DNA of 64,000 nucleotides from Haliotis rubra (Eukaryota), in assembly GCF_003918875.1 (NCBI RefSeq), contig NW_025766903.1, forward strand, positions 372,001-436,000. The letters are read 5' to 3'. Below, one piece after another: positions 39,650 through 51,530 of this stretch. The notes under the pieces are model-generated. The model was not told the DNA's origin, did not search any database, and saw only the letters and a list, made by a program, of their open reading frames with translations. Made by a program: the position numbers and the translations under genes. Within the stretch, counting starts at the first letter, position 1; each line of letters begins with the position of its first letter.

Positions 39650-42440
39650 GTATAGGTTAGCGACCCTCTGAGGGGTGATATGGATTTCAACGCTCGAGGC
39701 GCAGCCGAGAGCGTTGAATCCATATCACCCCGCAGAGGTGTGTCGCTAACCGTCATACACTATGTGGACTACACTTTTCACTTGCGTGGTAGATGACTTA
39801 CCTTTTTCCTAATGGTATCGTCCATATATCGCCCCTAGGTAGATATCAAACCAATTAAATGTACTCTGTGTGCTCGTGATTGCGAACATTCGTCAAAACG
39901 TAACCTGTCCATGCCATGATCTCTAACGACCATGTGCACGCTTTTTCCGAGCATATCAATGCAGTTGTGTGTGTACTTAGTGAACCTGGGTGACAGTCGT
40001 TGGCAAACATTACTAGTAGGATCATGCTTTCTGACGAGTCTGATGAAGAATTAGTTCATGCGTCCCAAGTCATAGAGTCCCAGCTTGGTATAGAAAAAAC
40101 TGCAACAGGTGAGCGTTTTGTTGAAGCGAATGATGATGAAGTTTCAAATCGTGCATTGGAGGTTATACCTACAAACACTCAACGCCGAGACAAATTTGCT
40201 GTTAACACTTTTCAAGCATGGCTATAGCTATGAACAATCGCCGAAGTTCACACAGAAAGTTAACCTGCACATTAGAAAGCATGTCAGAACAAGAACTGGG
40301 GAATTTCATGTCTAAATTTGTCGTTGAGGTTCGGAAGCAAAACGGGGAGCCTTACCCACCAAAAACACTGCTGCAATTAGTAATGGGGATCCAGTCTCAA
40401 ATTAAACTACAAATCAAGAGAAATGTGCATTTTCTACAAAAAATGAAGCCTTCGAAGAATTTCACCAGGTTCTTGATGGGGAAATGAAACGATTAACACG
40501 TCGTGGTCTGGGTCAGGAAGTTAAAAAAGCCGAACCATTCACAGAACGGGAGGAAGAGTGTCCGTGGAAGTCAAAACAATCAGGAGATCACAATCCAAGG
40601 GTACTGTTGCATACAATTCTGTATTTGAATGGAAAGAATTTCAGCTTACGTAGTGGTCAGGAGCACAGGCAACTGAAATATGTGAACTCGCAGATTTCTC
40701 TCAGGAAAGATAACACAGGGCGAGAATAGTTGTTTTATCGAGAAGACTATTCCAAAACTGTACAAGGTGGGCTACAACATAGGAAACTCAACCCGAAAGA
40801 AGTCAAACACTACCCGAGTTTGAATCCAGAGAGATGTCACGTAAGGCTCTATAACAAGTACCTCTCCCTCTGCCTTACCGACGGCCATGATGATGCCTTT
40901 TATCTCCAGGTTTTGCAGTCGCCCACAGACAAATGCTGGTAAAAACCTTTCAGCTATATCTAACATATACATGTAAAGATTATCACTTACTGTTATTAAT
41001 TATGATTTAGGAAGTAATGTTGCCCAGTACTATTCTATACTGTTTTGGTTTAAGTACTAGTATTAAATTGTATTACAAAATAGTACTTTCGAATTCGTAC
41101 CTATTAATTTAGTAGTAATTATCTAATTATGATTTGCATATATATAATTTAAGTAACTAATTTAGAGAAAAATATTTTAAATTGACAGTCGAGTGTGTTA
41201 AACATAATTACCAGAGAAAGTAACGTCAGAATCGATCAAGTCATGTGATGTTCCATTGTTAAACTTTCGCCCGAGTTGGTATGTCCTTAATAAATGTCTG
41301 TGATTGGAAACTTCTGTCATTTCTTCCAGTATTTTGCTAATGTTACTAAAATGCGTATTTTCAGGTACAGTAGGCAGCCCTTAGGACATAACACGCTGCA
41401 GAAGATTGTTCCCGAGATGTGTGCCAGGGCGGGTATTCAAGGTTATAAAACCAATCACTCGCTACGTGCTACAACGGCTACAAGACTATACAATGCTGGT
41501 GTAAGTGAACAGCTCATTATGGAGCGTACTGGTCACAGAAGTGTTAGAGGTTATGTTATACTGAATATTCTATAACTCCAAAAGCCGATTTTAAAGTACA
41601 AAAATGAATAATTTACCGTGAAGGTAAAATGCAGTCTTTTTAAATGTTTCAATATAAAATATATATGTAAAATATGTAACAGATGTGTAACAGGTAAGTT
41701 TTAACTTTTATAAATTGTCTCTTTTTTCAAAATAGGGGTCCGTAGTTACACGAGGACGAGCGAGGAGCAGGAGAGTATGGTCAGTGATATTCTTAATACC
41801 GACCCTGTTTCTTCTGATAAGGATTCTGAGCTGACTGCAGTAACCGAGACAGTAACTAAAGAAGCCGCCCAGATGGGTAGGAACACTGCCCCTGAAACAT
41901 CAACTATTGCGGTACCTCGGTCCGCATGTCCAGAGCTTAGATTCGAGAACTGTGTTGTCAATTTAGTTATGAAGTGAACACTGACAATAAATAAAATGTA
42001 ACACATTGTGTTTTCTTTCCTAATTTGTTGTGTGTTGCGGTTAGGACTCTTTCCACAGTATTAAAGTGCTGAATTTTTCTTTATTAGTTTGAACACTTCC
42101 AATACACGTGCCGGGGTTACTATATGGAGATTACTTCTTACGTGCCTTAAGTTTCGAAAATTCCATCCTTCGTCTCCAACGGCTATCTTACAGAGGGAAT
42201 TTTCGAATATTGAGCATTATTCGAAAATTCCCGATGTTCGATATCGAGTGAAGATACCTACGATTCCGAGGCGAAGCCGAGGAAAAGTGAGGTATCTGCA
42301 CGAGAACACATCTTATTTGTATACAGCGGTGAAAACAAATATACCTCCACATAGTAACCTCCGCACGTGAGGTTTTGGTGTAGCTATGGAAAAAATCAAC
42401 CTGTTGAAACAATGGAGATATCATACCCTAGTGGTGTATT
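39650..42440 (+). mobile_element. Crypton-type tyrosine-recombinase DNA transposon in SLC5 intron 12
   Basis: Recombinase gene flanked by palindromes centred on CGAGGCGCAGCCGAG (about 39700) and CGAGGCGAAGCCGAG (about 42270); limits approximate. Confidence 0.8.
40024..41977 (+). pseudogene. Crypton tyrosine recombinase (DUF3504/ZMYM-QRICH1-like), 3 exons: 40024-40938, 41365-41549, 41736-41977
   Basis: EVRKQNGEPYPP, LRSGQEH, SKTVQGGL, W|YSRQPLG, NHSLRAT, TGHRS, VRSY; GT-AG introns in phase; two frameshifts (about 40220, 40440) and TAG at 40727; AATAAA at about 41987. Confidence 0.88.
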
Positions 42441-42597
42441 CGTTGTTATTCACCATTGTGGTGATACGGGGCAGGTGACGCATGCTAATTAAAGTGGTGT
42501 TAACCGTTTGATACATGTTGATTTCATCTGGATCAGCAGCTGCCTCCACCGTACTGAAAGTGTGACCTGTAAATGCTATATGTACTGTTTGTTTCAG

Positions 42598-42698
42598 GGA
42601 CAATTACCTCAGCATCTACCGATTGTCATTTTTGTACTACACGGCGTCTGGGGCCATTGTCAACGTTACCGTAGGCGTGGTCGTGAGTCTAATCACAG
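42598..42698 (+). CDS. SLC5 gene 1 exon 13
   Basis: DNYLSIYRLSFLYYTASGAIVNVTVGVVVSLIT, 101 bp. Confidence 0.93.
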
Positions 42699-43123
42699 GT
42701 ACAACGCCAGTGGTTTGAAAGCCAAGAATGGGTAGCGTTTCAGAAGTCCATTAATAATACTTACAACACATAGAATACTGTCTAAATATATTCACATAGG
42801 AGTCTCACAGAGATCTTTATTTGTAATGACTGACAAACCCAACCGACAGTAACGTCTGATTTGGACAGAACGCTGTTGAGTTTACATCATTGTTACAATA
42901 GGAGCATTATGGTTTGGACAGAACGCTGTTGAGTTTTCGTCATTGTTACAATAGGAGCATTATGGTTTGGAGTGAAAAAATGAAATTATCGGATTATCTT
43001 TCCACGATTAAAAGCTAACAGGCCACGGCTGAAGACTCCACCCTTCAGGACAAAGGCCTATTTGCCAACAGCACTGAATTACCTACAGCATCAGTTACAA
43101 CCCTCTGTTACCTCTCCCTTTAG

Positions 43124-43230
43124 GATATTGGCACCCAGTTTCCACAGACCCTGAACTAATCACCCCGATCGTCAACTACCTGTACAAGTGTCGGCAGAAG
43201 AAACCTGACAATACAGCTGCCGTGAGAGAG
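43124..43230 (+). CDS. SLC5 gene 1 exon 14
   Basis: YWHPVSTDPELITP..AAVRE|gtaggg, phase-compatible. Confidence 0.85.
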
Positions 43231-43520
43231 GTAGGGGACGACTCGGGGGCACTGTGCAACTTGTACCTGATTGGCGTCAAGACTGGCTATATGTAACACT
43301 AGTTAAATACAAGTATCACTTTGACTTCCTGCAGCTGTTACCTGTCAATAAAGGTAAATAAAGAAAACCTGATCAGCTAATTGACAAATAGACACGTCCA
43401 CATAGGCACCATGTTATCTTGGTATAGCTGGACTCCGGGAGAAACCAGGCATATTACTCCATATTAACTTCGTGCTGAACACATGTACAGTCAAACTGAT
43501 TGTATGTTCCTGTTCTATAG

Positions 43521-43550
43521 ATCCACGGAACAAGCACGGAACTGGTTTAG
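43521..43550 (+). CDS. SLC5 gene 1 probable terminal exon (IHGTSTELV*)
   Basis: Polypyrimidine tract plus TAG acceptor, phase 0, then stop. Confidence 0.5.
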   Translation: MHGTSTELV

Positions 43551-45003
43551 TCCAAGACAAATTGTGGAACCAGCGTTGGACTGAAGTAAAGGCGTCAAGA
43601 AAATATGAAAAAGCCCCAAACACACTTTTGTCATTTTTAAAGGCAGTTAGAGTCTGGACCACATATTTCTAATGACTGTAATTGATGACATAGATGAAAT
43701 ACAATGATTGTTGTATCACATTCTCTTCACTGGTTTAAAAAGGAATCGGCCATCGCCTCCACCTCCCGAATATTCAATGTCAGTGTATTCCTGCTCATAA
43801 CACCTGAAACCTGTCCCCGTTACTCTGATCAATATCCAATCAATGACTAATCAATAACTAATCAATGACAATATGTGTGTACATATCAAGGAGAAGCAAC
43901 AAGCACGTGTTATTGTAAATCAACTTTATGGGAATTTTTTAAAATAAAAATGTTAATTTATTGCGTTCACTTGGTTGATAGTTTTCCACGTCAGTCCAGA
44001 GACTCTTTATCCGGCATTATCTTCTGGTCACAAACTAAATCGTAAACATATATATTGATATGTGTGCTACTTTAAACTCCAGTGGGATGTACGTAATAAC
44101 TCAACTGTTGCAAACACAATCAATTGCATTCTTAAAACTTGGAACTGATCACCAATCAAATTCTTTTCCATTTTCATTCCTAGCTGTTTACTACTTGCCA
44201 TACACCCACCAACACCTCCCCCACTCCAAGGCTTGTTACCCTTCTACCGTAAGTGCCTGCCCTCGTACATTTCTTTCATAATTTACTTCAACGACACATG
44301 TATATACTTCGTCTGTAAAAGATAAACCACACACCTATTTTCTGTAGTAGTCATACGGACATGTTCCACATACCGGTTACGTACGCCGAGACTGTGAGAC
44401 CACCCTGAAGACTGACCGCAGACGGGCAGTTGCTATACGTCTAATTCTGTTCAGTTTTGCTCTCGACTGTCCTTGACACTAGTTACAACGCATCCACTGC
44501 AATGAAGCAACAACTATTTATATCATGGCAGATAGAGCAAACAGCCTCACAAAACACCAACTACAATATAACATCCAGATAAAACGAAATATAGTCTACA
44601 GACACAACGTAAAATAACTATATATTCTACAGAGACCAGAGACATGAACTAAAGCCTCTCTACCCACATTGTACTGTTTAGGCATGAATATGTTGTATGG
44701 TGTAGAAGAGTTTCGATCAATACGTGACGTAATGTAAGTGGTAACAGATACATCCAAGCTGTAACAAAACCATGTAATCATGCACATCCTAGGGCTGGTC
44801 CACAGATACAGCATCTCGGGATAAGGTTTCCAGTTATCTTGAAGCTGCTGCTGCAGAGGTAAGACTTACATCCAGTTTTATTCTACATTCGCTAAAAGTT
44901 ATTTGTAGAGATAATAATCTTACCAGCACAGTAATAATGTACTCCATATCATTAAGTCGGGCTTGAATGTTTACAATCCATTCCCATTTCCATTCTATCA
45001 AAA

Positions 45004-46298
45004 TATTTCAACCAGAAATTATTGAGAATTTAAAGATTGTATTTTTTTTTTCCACTCATTACTCACGTATTAAATGTGAATATTAGCAGAACATAACTCC
45101 AGATTCAAAGACAGGTGAACAGTTAGTATTTTGTCAAGTCACCATGGGCAGTTATGCAGGCTTCAATGCGGCGGGCATACTACTGATCAAAGAAGTTAGA
45201 AAGTCGTGGTCCATGCTGTCCCACTATCGGACCATCTCTTCTTTCATTTCAGCAATATTTGTCAGATTTTTCTTATTGACACTTTCCTTCATAAGTCCCG
45301 AAACATTTTCTATTGGATTTAGGTCAGGGCTATAGCTTGGCCAATCTAATAATGTCATATTTTGGGTCCGAAACCAGGCCTGTGAATGCTTTGAACGATG
45401 TTTTGAGTCGTTGTCCTGCTGGAAAATCCAAAAATTTCCCTAGAACACGTGAGCAGATGGAAGTAACTGTCCCTCGAGAATATCTGTGTACCGCTCATTG
45501 TTCATATTTTCCTTCAAATACACAGAGGGGCGTTGCCCCTAACACAGATATGCCACCCCACACGTTAAATTTCGGACTGTACTTTGGGCGCTGATACAAA
45601 GGTTTATCAGTTTGTTTGGTCCAGAATTTCAGTGTCTTAGGAAACAGCCACACAGAACTTTCATCTGAGAAAATCACATTGTCCCAGTTAAAATTTCTAT
45701 GCTGTAAGCACCAGTTTAACCTTCGCTCCTTTTGTTCAGGTTTCATGATCGGTGATGGAATTCCTCGACTTTTCTGCCAAACCATTGCATGCAGATCAGT
45801 TCTTATTGTCTCCTTACAGACAGCCACAGTTCCTCTATCAATCATATCCAACCTTACGTTTTCTAAACTCCTTCGTTTGTTTTTAGAAACAAGAACACCA
45901 AGCCGCCTCCTGTCACCGACAGTCAATTTTCTGGGCCTACCTGCGCCTCCCTTGTGCTCAATGCCATATCCACTTGCAACATTTTTCAAAATACGATAAA
46001 CAGTGGACAAACGGATGCCTGTTCTACTTGAAATCACTTTAGCTGATCTGATGTCCTTGTTATAATACTCTAAAATCAACTTCCTCTTCTCTAAATCATC
46101 CATACTGAGGATCACTGAAAATGTCGTCCGCTAGCAAGTAAACAAAGGGAGATAACTCTTCACAAACTAATGAAAAAGGATTAACGGAGTTGTCTCTCTT
46201 GAAAGAAACCAAGCACTTGATAGCTGGTCAAGGTTGTTTATACTAGAAATCCAATTAAACATATTCCTAAAATTCTCAATAATTTCTGGTCATACTAT
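45004..46298 (-). mobile_element. Tc1-family transposon, frameshifted transposase
   Basis: TIR core ACCAGAAATTATTGAGAATTT at both ends; ORF 45495-46115 with IFSDES, then FQQDNDSKH and WPSYSPDLNPIEN in another frame. Confidence 0.9.
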
Positions 46299-46329
46299 AC
46301 CTCTATCCCACACCTCTATCAGGAACTCG

Positions 46330-47270
46330 GGGAAAGTAATTCCTTGTCACATTTGACATTTGTTAATACCAGTGATGACCAAGGATATCCATATGTCCAT
46401 CTTCCAAGGTTCAAAACGTTTACTAATCAAACAAATGTTTTATTCCCTTATTGGTAGCATCTACGTATCGTCTGGGGTAAGAATATACAGACAAGATGTA
46501 GGCATCCCCATGGCACCAATTGTGCTCCCCTCTATGCGGATCTGTTTCTTTATACAAATACATCAGGTTGTCCCAGGGTGGCAAAGACAAACAACGTACT
46601 TTGGCCATGAAGTTTATCTTAGGCTTCTGGTATATCGGCGATCTAATATCGTTCAATAACCAGCAACGAGCCACTTCACTTCAAATGGTTACCCACTTGA
46701 AGTCAGGGGCGTAGGAACGGTTTTCAGAGCGGGGGAGCTAATCTGTGAAAAGTATTGAAAATCAAAATGAAATGGTAATTATGGTAAGGTAGATATGGTC
46801 CCGTCTTGAAAAAGTAAGCCCCCGCAAGACCCCCTGTTCCTACGCCCCTGTGAATTGGAGATCAACGACACACGTTAGACATTTTGATCTAGGCATGAAG
46901 TTTCTGTCTGACAGCCATCTCACCACAAGGCTGTATGACAAAAGGGATGATCAACTTTCCAATAGTCAACTCTCCCTTCACGTCCAGCAATATTCAAACA
47001 GCTCCAGCCTTAGGTTTTAAAATGGAACTTTGAAGGTACCATCGAGCATGCTCGCTTTACCAAGATTCCATATGACTCTTTCTCAGAAGTTATTCCATCA
47101 TGATTACAACATTCAAGGCCTCAGTCCTTTCAAACACCGCCTTTATGGAATACATGTGACAAACATCATGTCCGATGCAATTCCCTATTTTACCTGGACC
47201 AAACGTTCCCAATGTCTTTGTATGTTTATGACGGGTACCACCAGTAGGGCAGGATACATTCACCTTTACC
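46330..47270 (+). mobile_element. Decayed Penelope-like RT fragment
   Basis: RQDVGIPM(G)TNCAPLYADLFLY, YIGDLIS, TRLYDKRDD, SSNIQTAPA across broken frames. Confidence 0.65.
46704..46850. mobile_element. MITE (hAT-like ends) inserted in the Penelope-like fragment
   Basis: 15-bp perfect TIR CAGGGGCGTAGGAAC / GTTCCTACGCCCCTG. Confidence 0.8.
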
Positions 47271-47669
47271 AGGTTTACGCGAACATGTGGTGTCATCATT
47301 TTCGCACGCTCTGTCATCGTATCGCACTATATCAATCACTGGATTGTCTTGTCCAGGTTCGATTAAAATACAGACTGCCGTCGTACACATACTCTTTTAT
47401 AGTTGGACGTGTACAATGGACTGGTTTTAGAGGAAATGTCTTATAGATATGAAACCGTTTTGTCGCTTTCATGAACTAAATGGTTATGCATGCTTATGAA
47501 CAAAACGCTGTGTCTGAGCACCTGTATTCTAGAAGTATTCCTGAAGCTGCAGTTAGTTCAGATACCTTTCTCATAAACTTATAATCGTTAGTTTCAAAAG
47601 CCAGTATGCCTAAGAAACCGTTAGTAACAGCGTTACTTGTTAGACAACACTGGGGTGAAGACTATGATT

Positions 47670-47911
47670 GAAAGACCCGTAGAGATCCATGTTAGAATTC
47701 AGTTGTCCATGCTAGTCGTAAGAGGCGACTAACGGGATCAAGTGGTCAGGCTCGCTGACTTGGTTGACACATGTCATCGTATCCTAATTACGTAAAACGA
47801 TGCTCATGGTATTGATCACTGGATTGTTTCGTCCAAACTCGATTATTTACAGACCGCTAGGGTATAGCTGGGATATTGCTGAGTGGCGTTAAACAACAAA
47901 CCAAGCAACTA
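47670..47911 (+). mobile_element. SINE-like element family B
   Basis: TSD ACTATGATT; GTCGTAAGAGGCGACTAACGGG motif; GCTGGGATATTGCTGAGTGGCGTTAAAC tail. Confidence 0.85.
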
Positions 47912-48552
47912 ACTATGATTACAGGGTGGTGTAAACTATGATTACAGTGTGGTGTAAACTATGATTACAGGGTGGTGTAAACTATGATTACAGGGTGGTG
48001 TAAACTATGATTACAGGGTGGTGTAAACTATGATTACAGGGTGGTGTAAACTATGATTACAGGGTGGTGTAAACTATGATTACAGGGTGGTGTAAACTAT
48101 GATTACAGGGTGGTGTAAACTATGATTACAGGGTGGTGTAAACTATGATTACAGGGTGGTGTAAACTATGATTACAGGGTGGTGTAAACTAGGATTACAG
48201 GGTGGTGTAAACTAGGATTACAGGGTGGTGTAAACTATGATTACAGGTGGTGTAAACTATGATTACAGGGTGGTGTAAACTATGATTACAGTGTGGTGTA
48301 AACTATGATTACAGGGTGGTGTAAACTATGATTACAAACTAGGATTACAGGGTGGTGTAAACTATGATTACAGTGTGGTGTAAACTATGATTACAGGGTG
48401 GTGTAAACTATGATTACAGGGTGGTGTAAACTATGATTACAGGGTGGTGTAAACTATGATTACAGGGTGGTGTAAACTATGATTACAGGGTGGTGTAAAC
48501 TATGATTACAGGGTGGTGTAAACTATGATTACAGGGTGGTGTAAACTATGAT
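47912..48552. repeat. 23-bp minisatellite (AACTATGATTACAGGGTGGTGTA)
   Basis: Direct inspection. Confidence 0.96.
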
Positions 48553-49893
48553 CAGAAAGGGGTGCTATACTGTGACCACAGGCAAGTTCATCTTTCTGAG
48601 GTGTATAACAGTCTGAACACATGGATAAGAAACAGAAGCAAATACTGAGGCTCGATGAGGATCAGGGTCTGGAATATACCCTGATGGAAGACAACGGCTT
48701 GTGGCCTTGTTGGTCCTTACATAAGTATAACATATAGATGATAAGTGTTTTTTCCATGAAACGGGATACGCATATTAAACGCAATGATATTATTCTCTAT
48801 GTGTTTTTACATGTATCCTATTTCATACATTACCAAGTATATAGGCTGGTGGCTTGGAATACAATAGACGTTAAGGGTACAAGTGGTAGTTGGATGATAA
48901 TGTCAGAGAGGAAATTATCTTGGATGTAATTTACAGCACACATATTTTAAGTGTTGATTCAGATGTTAAATGCGGTCAACTCAGAAACTCTGCAATCAAC
49001 GTACATAACACAGGTTTAACTGTGTCACAGCCTGATATGTTGGCTGATTATATTCATGTATTTGTATGTGTCATTATGTAACGAATGTTATGATGGAGGA
49101 CTTTATTTTTTCATGAAAATAAAAAAAACCAAAAAACAAAACGTACATAACACTATATCTATGACCCAATCCACACGAAACAATGATTACATTCGCGTAA
49201 GGCAATATGCTGACTCAATATATGCGGCAGAAACACAATACACAGTGTACTCACGACTGTCCAGTGTATGTCACAGTCGAATACCGTCAATGTCGAACAT
49301 GTTCCGAGAATCCAGGAAACAGTTAGGTCTACCTTCTTATTATTATCAGTTTTATACAACCACGGAAGGTCACATTGTGTGAGAGCTTCACTCAGTTTGA
49401 AGTTGATCTGAGACAAGGCTACAACACTGGTGCCATACAGCAGCACATCGAGTGAAGGGGAAAGTTACTGTGTATGACTGACTACCATTGGAAGTCATAA
49501 ATACACGCAAACACCACACAATATACTGATGTCAAGTAAGCCTGACTTTATCGTGTCAATGTCAAAACATGTCCTCTGTAAAGGTCATCTCAGTCTAAAA
49601 ATGGCATCTGACTCAATAAGCAGTGATTGACACTTGACCATGTCACTTCATGTTGGACACAAGGTTGTAGAGGAAGGTTTGTGGGCAGTCAGGCCAGTGG
49701 TGTCATGTCATCCTATACATGCTGGAATGACGATAGATTTAGTCGGGTGGCAATGTTCTGCTGACGAATGGAATTTAAAACCACAATGCAACACATGTAA
49801 GTCCAATGTCCAGTTTATCCACGCTATAACATTACCACACCATGGACTTAGTTTTAAGCAAAGGACCAACACAGTCAACGATGACCCTCTTGC

Positions 49894-49987
49894 AATGTGC
49901 TTCAGTGTGCTGGAATGTGCTTCAGTGTGCTGGAATGTGCTTCAGTGTGCTGGAATGTGCTTCAGTGTGCTGGAATGTGCTTCAGTG
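49894..49987. repeat. 20-bp tandem repeat (TGTGCTTCAGTGTGCTGGAA)
   Basis: Direct inspection. Confidence 0.9.
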
Positions 49988-50306
49988 GTGTGCCTCGTAG
50001 TTTCTGATGTGGTTTGCAAACCATTCACCAAGCCAAAATTCAGCTACACCGCGTTGCAAACTTTGCCAAAGGAAAGGGGACAAAATGTTGTCACAAAATT
50101 TTAAAAATCGATCGGAATTGGATGAACCGTCTGATAAAGAAGACATTTATCATCAGTAGGTGCTTATGGTGGTCCCAATCTCACAATCACAACGTTTTTC
50201 TTGAAATAGTAGCAAACTGGAACCTTATCAGATTTTAATTCTTCCGACATTTTCCCTGGTAGTACATGCCAGAACAGTGTCTTAAAATAGACCAAGTACA
50301 AATATA

Positions 50307-50414
50307 GTGAGTGAGTGGGTTTACGCCGCTTTTAGCAATATTCCAGCAATATCACGGCGGGGAATAAGAAATGGGCTTCATACATTGTACCCATGTGGAG
50401 AATTGTTCCCGGGT
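50307..50414 (-). mobile_element. Partial SINE family A
   Basis: Matches tail and body of the 2097 copy. Confidence 0.8.
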
Positions 50415-51530
50415 CTACAAAGCTGCCCTTTACTGAATATCACATTACAATGTATACTGAACCACAAAAGTAACGTCACACCGATAGAGGTTTCTTAATG
50501 CGCAAACATTAATTCGCTCTAATTAACAATCAAAGCGGAGAATTGAGTTCAAACTTGACAGTTATGGCTAACATATTCTCGGGAATCACATTTAGAGTTA
50601 ACACAAACAAAACCACCAAAAATGGTTCTATTAGGCTACCTAACAGTCAGTATCATGTGTGGCCTCCGTGGCCATAGATGAAAGTGTTGCATCGTCTGTA
50701 CATGGAATGAATTCGCTGGTTGATGAAGGCCATAGGAATTTGAGTCCATACTCTGCGAAATGCCTGATCGAGTCCAGCCGCAGCTTTGGTTGGAGGTCAT
50801 TCAGTCTTCCTTGTATCTCGTCCTAAAGGTTTTCTGTTGGACTAAAAACCGAACTGAGTGCAGGCCATTGTAGGGTTTGAATGCCATATTCACTATACTC
50901 TCCCTCTGCCATCGGGTGTCGAAACACAACTTCGGCTCTCGACAGAAAAAGAACACAGTTCTCCATTGTCGATAACGCCAATTTCAATGCTTAGTTGCCC
51001 ATTGCAGTCGGGTTTGTAGGAGGACGAGCGGTGAGGACAGGACCACGATATGGTCTGTGACAGCAGAAGTTTCTTCCGCGCAAATGTCGACACACTGTAT
51101 CAAAACTAATGGGTCTGTTGTGAATCCTATTGGTATGGCGAAGGGTTCCTGCCGATGGTAGCACACAATCTGTCGGTCTTGACGTTGTGATCTTACTTGG
51201 ATGCTGTTAGTGGCCTGATTCTGCTCCTGCAGTAGTTAGATTGTCCTATAATAACATTAAAATGATTGGCTACCCTTTGTGCAGTCTGGCGAAAACTGCA
51301 ATTGTCCCAGAGCTTTGTTCCTCTGATCTCTCGTAAGTCGTGGCATGGCGATTGTGTCAAAACAAGAATGATTTCAGGCAAGTTTGGGACTCACTTTCAT
51401 TGGTAGGGTTGCCACGGTATGCACGTGCAGTTTCATTTTCCCTTTTACCACGTCTGCCGTTTTAGGTGCGTTTGGTCTGTTTGCTTTTTCGTCAGAAAAC
51501 ACACTTATGTTGGTTATAACTGTCAATGTA

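Noticed and set aside
44400-44445. CTGAAGA plus stem, hammerhead-like
   Set aside because: The GAAA half of the core is absent
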